Assembly: GCF_018977255.1 (NCBI RefSeq)
Contig: NW_024704742.1
Coordinates: 73,348,001 to 73,412,000 of the forward strand
Reading direction: 5' to 3'
From: Callorhinchus milii
Taxonomy: Eukaryota
DNA: 64,000 bases
Below are positions 58,164 through 64,000 of this stretch, piece by piece. Every line of letters begins with the position of its first letter. Positions within the stretch are counted from its first letter, which is position 1. Below the pieces are notes generated by a model that worked only from the letters and a program-made list of their open reading frames with translations, searched no databases and was not told the origin of the DNA. Both the position numbers and the translations under genes were made by a program.

Positions 58164-61100
58164 AACAGTGTGCCATTTTTGAATTTGACAAATAATTTAA
58201 TAATATTCAAATACTTTGTCTTTGAAATTTCTCTTTAAGAATAATTTAAATTTGTCAGGAAAGACATATTTTGTTTTCATCATTATATAATTCATTGATT
58301 TTCTTCCTTTTCCATATATAGATTAATAACAGTGTTTTTTAAAACTAATTCAGCATCCTATTTTTGATTATACAGTATATAAAATAATTTTTTCATTAGT
58401 TGAGGTACAATTTTGATATCTCACAATTTGGAAACAACATTTTTTACCACAGTGTAGAGCTATAGAATAGATCAAAAGTGAGTTGCAGAAGAAGGTGACA
58501 CTATAATTGATAATTGCCATACAACGTATGGTAACGCAGGCACTGATTGTTATGAGGGAGGCAGCAGGAGAGTTCTGTTTCAAATTAATTCTTAACAAGT
58601 CTTTTCTGGACTCGTTGTGGTCAGTAGATGCCCCAATTGGAAATGAGTTCCCTTCCTTGGTACTGATGTGAGCACACACCCCAGTTTAGTGGCTGGAAAC
58701 CAACTACCTAGTTTTCTCTTTTGGTTAATTTGGAAGAGCACTGTGGGATGATACCTTGCGTGAGGGGCATTGTATAAATGCAAGTTGTTGTAATTTCAGC
58801 CCTTTTTTTCACACAGAGGGTATGCTAATGTTGAATGCAGTGTGATAGATACAGAATTGCCTGGGGTGTTTAAAAGATGGTTGAATGAAGAAAAGATGGA
58901 TGAATAGATGGCCAGACATGTGGACAGACAATATGGATACTTGGATGTAAAGGTTTGGGGATTAAAGAATCTGAAGTAATAAAATGTCTCAATGGGCTGA
59001 ATGGCTTTCTCCTGTTCCCAACTTCTTATGTTCCTAATTTTACGACAAATATACAGTCAATTCACTTTACAATATATTCTGTGAAGTTCTTTGAGACATC
59101 TCAATGTATTTAGACGCTATATCAAATGCAACAATAGGTAGCAGGCCAGATGGAATTTATGTCCTATGGAGCATGAATGTAGACTGCATCTGTGTTTTCA
59201 TGAAACAAAACTCCAGTGATTTATGACACAAAATGACAACAAAACACAAATTCTACAAGATTGAAGACTTGTTTGTAACTGTATAATGCATCAAAGCCTC
59301 AATAATATTGCCTAAATGTGTCATCATGGGTTTATCAATTAGGTTTAAGCCTCCAAATATCATAGCGTGGGATCTATGGGCTGCAGGATTTGCCCACATT
59401 AATGTTATTGGTATTGACTGTGTGCAGCAGTTTGGGTGTTTTGACAGCAAGCCTGTTTCTACTGTAAGTATTAAACATTCATTGTATGTTCCACGTTGAA
59501 CTAACCAGAGCTGCAACAGCAAGTAGTGATGGAACTAAACAACAGTTAAACGACAATAAAAATAATTTAAGCTTGAATCTAATTGAAATAAGTTCTTTTT
59601 TTGCATATTTTTGTCCTGTTAATGTAAAACACCAACCACCACCACAACAACAAATTGCATTTATACAGCTCCTTTCATGTCAGGATGATGTCCCAACGTG
59701 CGGAACTGTGGTTTGCACTCGATCTGTGGGTTGTAATAGGAGGATTGGAGGGCAAGGGCGGTGGAAGTGGAAGGATGATCGAAGACATGGTTAAAGAGGA
59801 AGGTCTTGAGACAGGCCTTGATGGAGGTATAGGAGGAGGCAAGGTGGGGAGGCTCCAAGATGGGGTTCCAGAGAATGAAGGCAGAAGTCTGAAAGCCCAA
59901 CTGCCGATGGTGGAGTGGGCAGGATGGGGGATGTGGAACAGGCCAGTGCCCGCCGAGCAGAGGGCGCAGACAAATTGGTAATATTTTAGTAGGTCACAGA
60001 GGTAGGGAGGTTTCATGCACCGATGGATTAATGCGTGTGAAAAGTTACCATTACATTGTGTGCCAAATATTCTATGATTCATTAAACCCTAGTGATTCAT
60101 TAAACTAGAGGTTCACTCGAAGGAGAGATTAGTATGCAAATCAGAAAAGAATGTTTATGTAAAATTTATATTACAGATTTGACAAAGTCAGAGTAACAAA
60201 TGTGGAGCACTCTATTCTAGTGTTGTCACCTGCCGCAATATCAGCGTTTCACCGATGCACACAATGAGAAAATGGATTGACACACCAGTGCAGTGCTGGG
60301 GGAATGCTGTGTTGTTGGAGGGGCTGTCCTTCGCATGAGATATTAAACCAAGGTCCCATCTTGTCTATTCAGGTGCATGATATGTTATGACAATATTCCA
60401 AAAAAGAAGGGATTTTCTTCCTATGACCTGGCCATTCACTTCATAGCTTTTGTGGTATGTGAATTGTCTGTAACATGTAATTGCTATATGTAAATTAACA
60501 GTCATATGTGTCTACAAATTACAGTCAATAATAATAATAATCCTTGCATTTGATATAGTGCCTTATCACGTCTTTGAGACGTCTCAAAACGCTTCACAGA
60601 ATATACTGTAAAGTGAATTGACTGTATGTTTTATGGGTGAAACTCGGCAGCCAATTGCGCACAGTAGTGTCCAACCAACAGGCATGGATTGAGTAACCAT
60701 ATTATTATTTTTTAAAATAAATTTTTTGAAGGGATTATTACCCCCAGAAAAGCGATCTGCCAATCGACTAACAATCGGGTTCCTACAACAACAACAACAA
60801 ATTACACTTGTATAGCGCCCTTCACATTGGAAAGTTGCCTCAGGGTGCTGAAGGCTGCTTACTAGGTAAACAGAGGAGTGTGGGGTAAGGAAATTTGCCT
60901 AACATTTCGCCCCGCCTGGGAATCGATGCTTGCAAGGCGAACGCTCTAACCGCTATGCTACAGGGATCCACTCCAATACATTTTACAGAAAAACTCAATG
61001 AAACTCTTGGGATGAAATATTAAATATGAGGATAAATATTTCTGGCAAATGTGACAGAACATTCACAAAGTGAATGGGCAAGACACAGGATAAGATTACA

Positions 61101-61623
61101 GCAAGATTCCTTCCTCAATGCATTCATGCATTTATTAAATCAACAAATGAAATTAGTTTTGCACAATCAACAAAAAAAGTTTTATTTAACAAGTCCTCTA
61201 TTAATATTTTTAATAGTGAAAAGAAAAAGTAAATGATTAAATCTCCACAACATTCTTGTAAACTTTCAAACATCACGTAATTTACATCTTGGGAGGAGGA
61301 ATAATTGCATGAATCTGCCACAGAATCAGTTTCTATGAGAAGTAATGCAACCAGTACACTGGGAATCAATGTCCACCACCAAAAGTGTTCTCAAAGTTAC
61401 ATCTACAATATTGGCCTTTTGGCCAATAGTGGCTTTTCACTGCCACTTAGTGGTGCAGTTATACCACTACAGTTTCTTTTTGGTTATTAAGATCTGCTTT
61501 CTTGCCAACCATCAGTCAAAAGCCATGACTAGAAGTCCAATTGCCATTGCGCTAGTTTCATGGCCATCAACGTTCAACCCATGGTTGTGTCCACCTCTGG
61601 CACATTTGATGTGAATCCACAAC

Positions 61624-63270
61624 CAACAACAACAAAATTACATTTGTAAAGTGCCTTTCATGTCAGGAGGATGTCCCAAGGCTTTGAACAGTTGGGGATC
61701 AGGACCCAAGTGTGAGGGGCAGGGTTGGGATGAGGGAGGGCAGAGTGAGTAGGAGGGCGGCTGAAGGCACGGTCAAAAAGGAGGGTCTTGAGCCGTGCCT
61801 TGAAGGAGGCAAGAGAGGGAGCAAGGTGAAGGGATTGTGGGATAGAGTTCCAAAGGGTGGGGGCAGAGAGGCTGAAAGCCTGGCCACGGATGGTAGGGCA
61901 GGTCATGCGGGAGACATGGAGCAGGCCAGAGCCTGCTGAATGGAGGGAGTGGACAGGTTGATAGGGGTCAGAGATGAAGGCCGGGGCGGGGCCATGGAGG
62001 GCCTTGAAGGTGAGAAGGAAGATTTTAAATTCTATCCTCTGAGGGATGGGGAGCCAGTGGAGCCGGGTGAGGGTGGGGGTGATGGGGTCGCTGAGCCTGG
62101 TGCTGGAGAGGACATGAGCTGCAGAGTTCTGGATGATCTGCAGCTTGTGGAGGGAAGAGTTGGGGGGGCCGACAAGGAGGGAGTTTCCGTAGTCGAGCCT
62201 TGAGGTGACGAATGTGTATATGAGGGTTTCAGTGACCTGAGGGGTGAGACAGTGGTGGAGTTGGGTAATGTCGGGCAGAGGTGGGATAAGGCAGAGCGGG
62301 TCATGGCATGGATATAAGAACATAAGGTCATAAGAAATGCTAGATGAAAAAAGACCAAGGTCTATCTAGTTTTGCCTTCTACCTTCTTGGCTGTTGCACC
62401 ACATATGTTCCAAACTACCTATGTACTATATCCCATAATGTTATTACCTAAAGAAAACCATCTAATCTGTGTATGGAAGAAATAACACTTGCTGCTTCAA
62501 CCATCTCCCTTTGTTCACCATATTTGGATTTCATATTGAGATATGGGGGAGAAAGGACAATTGAGGGTCAAACAAGATGCCCAGGTTCCTGACTGGCTTA
62601 GTGAGGTGGAATGTGTATCCATGGATGCTAATGCTGCCAGTGCCTGAGGTGCGGAGGCGCTGGTGTGAGCCAATCAGAAGGGCCTCAGTCTTGCTGACAT
62701 TCAGCTGTAGAAAGTTGGTTCTCATCCAGGACTTGATGTCTGACAGGCAGTCTGTCAGGGCATCAGTTGTCCTGGGATCGAGGGAGGAGGCAGAAAGATA
62801 GAGTTGGGTGTCATCTACGTACATGTGGAAGTTGACATGTTGACACGTCTGCGGATGATGTCACCGAGGGGGAGCAGGTAGAGGTTAAACAGGAGGGGAC
62901 CAAGGACAGAGCCCTGAGAAACACCGCAACAAACTGTGCAGGAGCTGGAAGAGAAACCGTTGGCAGAGACAAATTGGAGACGGTGCGACAGATAAGACCT
63001 GAACCATTCAAGGACAGAATCTTGAACGTTGAGGTGAGAGGAGAGGCGGTGGAGGAGGATGGAGTGGTCCACAGTATCAAAGGCAGCAGGGAGGACGAGG
63101 AGGATGAGGAGACAGAAGATGTCATTTGGAACCTTGACCAGAGTAATTTCCGTACTGTGAGCAGAGCGGAAACCCGATTGGAGGGGCCCGTGAAGGGAGT
63201 GGTAGGAGAGGAATGAGCAAAGTTGGGAAGCAACGACTCTTTCAAGGAACTTGGAAAGAAAAGGGAGGTT
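61624..63270 (-). mobile_element. LINE2 RT/3' portion, interrupted at about 62315-62530
   Basis: NLPFLSKFLERVV, LQSGFRSAHSTE, AFDTVDHSILL, QGSVLGPLLF, YVDDTQLY, TSRLDYGNSLL, LHWLPIPQRIEFK; (TTG)n-like tail. Confidence 0.92.
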
Positions 63271-64000
63271 GTAATTACTACAAATAATCCCAGGGAATAT
63301 GCAGACCCAGCCTATGTCTACTATCATAAAAGAAAACATTACGCAACATTAATCAATATGACAATATTTATTACATTTCACTTATCCACAGATTCAGGTA
63401 CAATAATGGAGTAAAAGAATGAAGACAGTACATGCCTGAAATTCCATCTAGTCTAAAACTGCTTAAAATATTCATCTTAAAATATAAAATTGCACGGAAT
63501 TATGGAAAGTTCTTAAATACAGTTCTTAATCTGGTTTTCCTCAGTTCTTAAAATGAAACAGCTTCCACATTAAGGTTGAATTTACACATTGTCCACAATT
63601 TATTGTCATCTTAAAGTTTAAAACAGAATGGCCTTCAGGTGAAGATTATATGGTATTTGGGGCCTTATCAGTTCATAAAGGTGGAAGCTAAGCAGATATT
63701 GATTGTGAATAGCAGATACCTTTTTCATACGACAAACCTTTTGAAACACTTCATCAAGATGAGGCAGATTGCTAAGAAAGTTATAAAGGAAAGAGAATTT
63801 GAGGATCTTACCAAAGGAATGGTTAAAGAGGTATAAACACAGAATTCGCTGGGAACACACTGCAGGTCAGGCGCATCTATGGAGAAAGGAAAATGAGTTA
63901 ACCTTTCAGGTCAATGACCTTTCGTCAGTTCTGACTGACCTTACTCCCAAACCCAAATAAGGACTCCTAACCATTAAAAGGCAGCACAGTGCTGATTCCT

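Noticed and set aside
55683..63620. Possible exons or 3'UTR of an upstream neighbour (RNF38 in human synteny); ORFs 55683-55907 and 58368-58679
   Set aside because: No recognisable peptide or convincing splice pair. The AT-rich unique stretches could be UTR but cannot be assigned without transcripts.

Overview
Repeat-rich vertebrate genomic DNA. The SINE/LINE2/CR1 complement suggests a cartilaginous fish, probably a chimaera (inference). The window holds two convergent genes in the same order as human chr9. (1) The 3' end of clathrin light chain A (CLTA, + strand): two small alternatively spliced exons at 5448-5501 (54 nt) and 9908-9943 (36 nt), and a terminal exon at 13477-13639 with AATAAA at 13972. 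(2) The complete coding region of GNE (UDP-GlcNAc 2-epimerase/ManNAc kinase, - strand): 11 GT-AG exons from 43757 to 23507 totalling 2169 nt (722 aa), with a candidate non-coding exon 1/CpG promoter near 49.8 kb embedded in kilobases of simple repeats. Introns and flanks contain LINE2 and CR1 fragments, tRNA-derived SINEs, Deu-domain SINEs, a decayed Gypsy element and MITEs. The most notable observations are a short-element family carrying minimal hammerhead-ribozyme motifs (four copies, two forming a 99-bp inverted pair), a TSD-flanked (ATT)n-tailed copy of the end of GNE exon 4 inserted 413 bp away, a 97%-identical 217-bp inverted LINE2 pair, and a divergent CLTA C-terminus. All alignments were done by eye; repeat boundaries are approximate.
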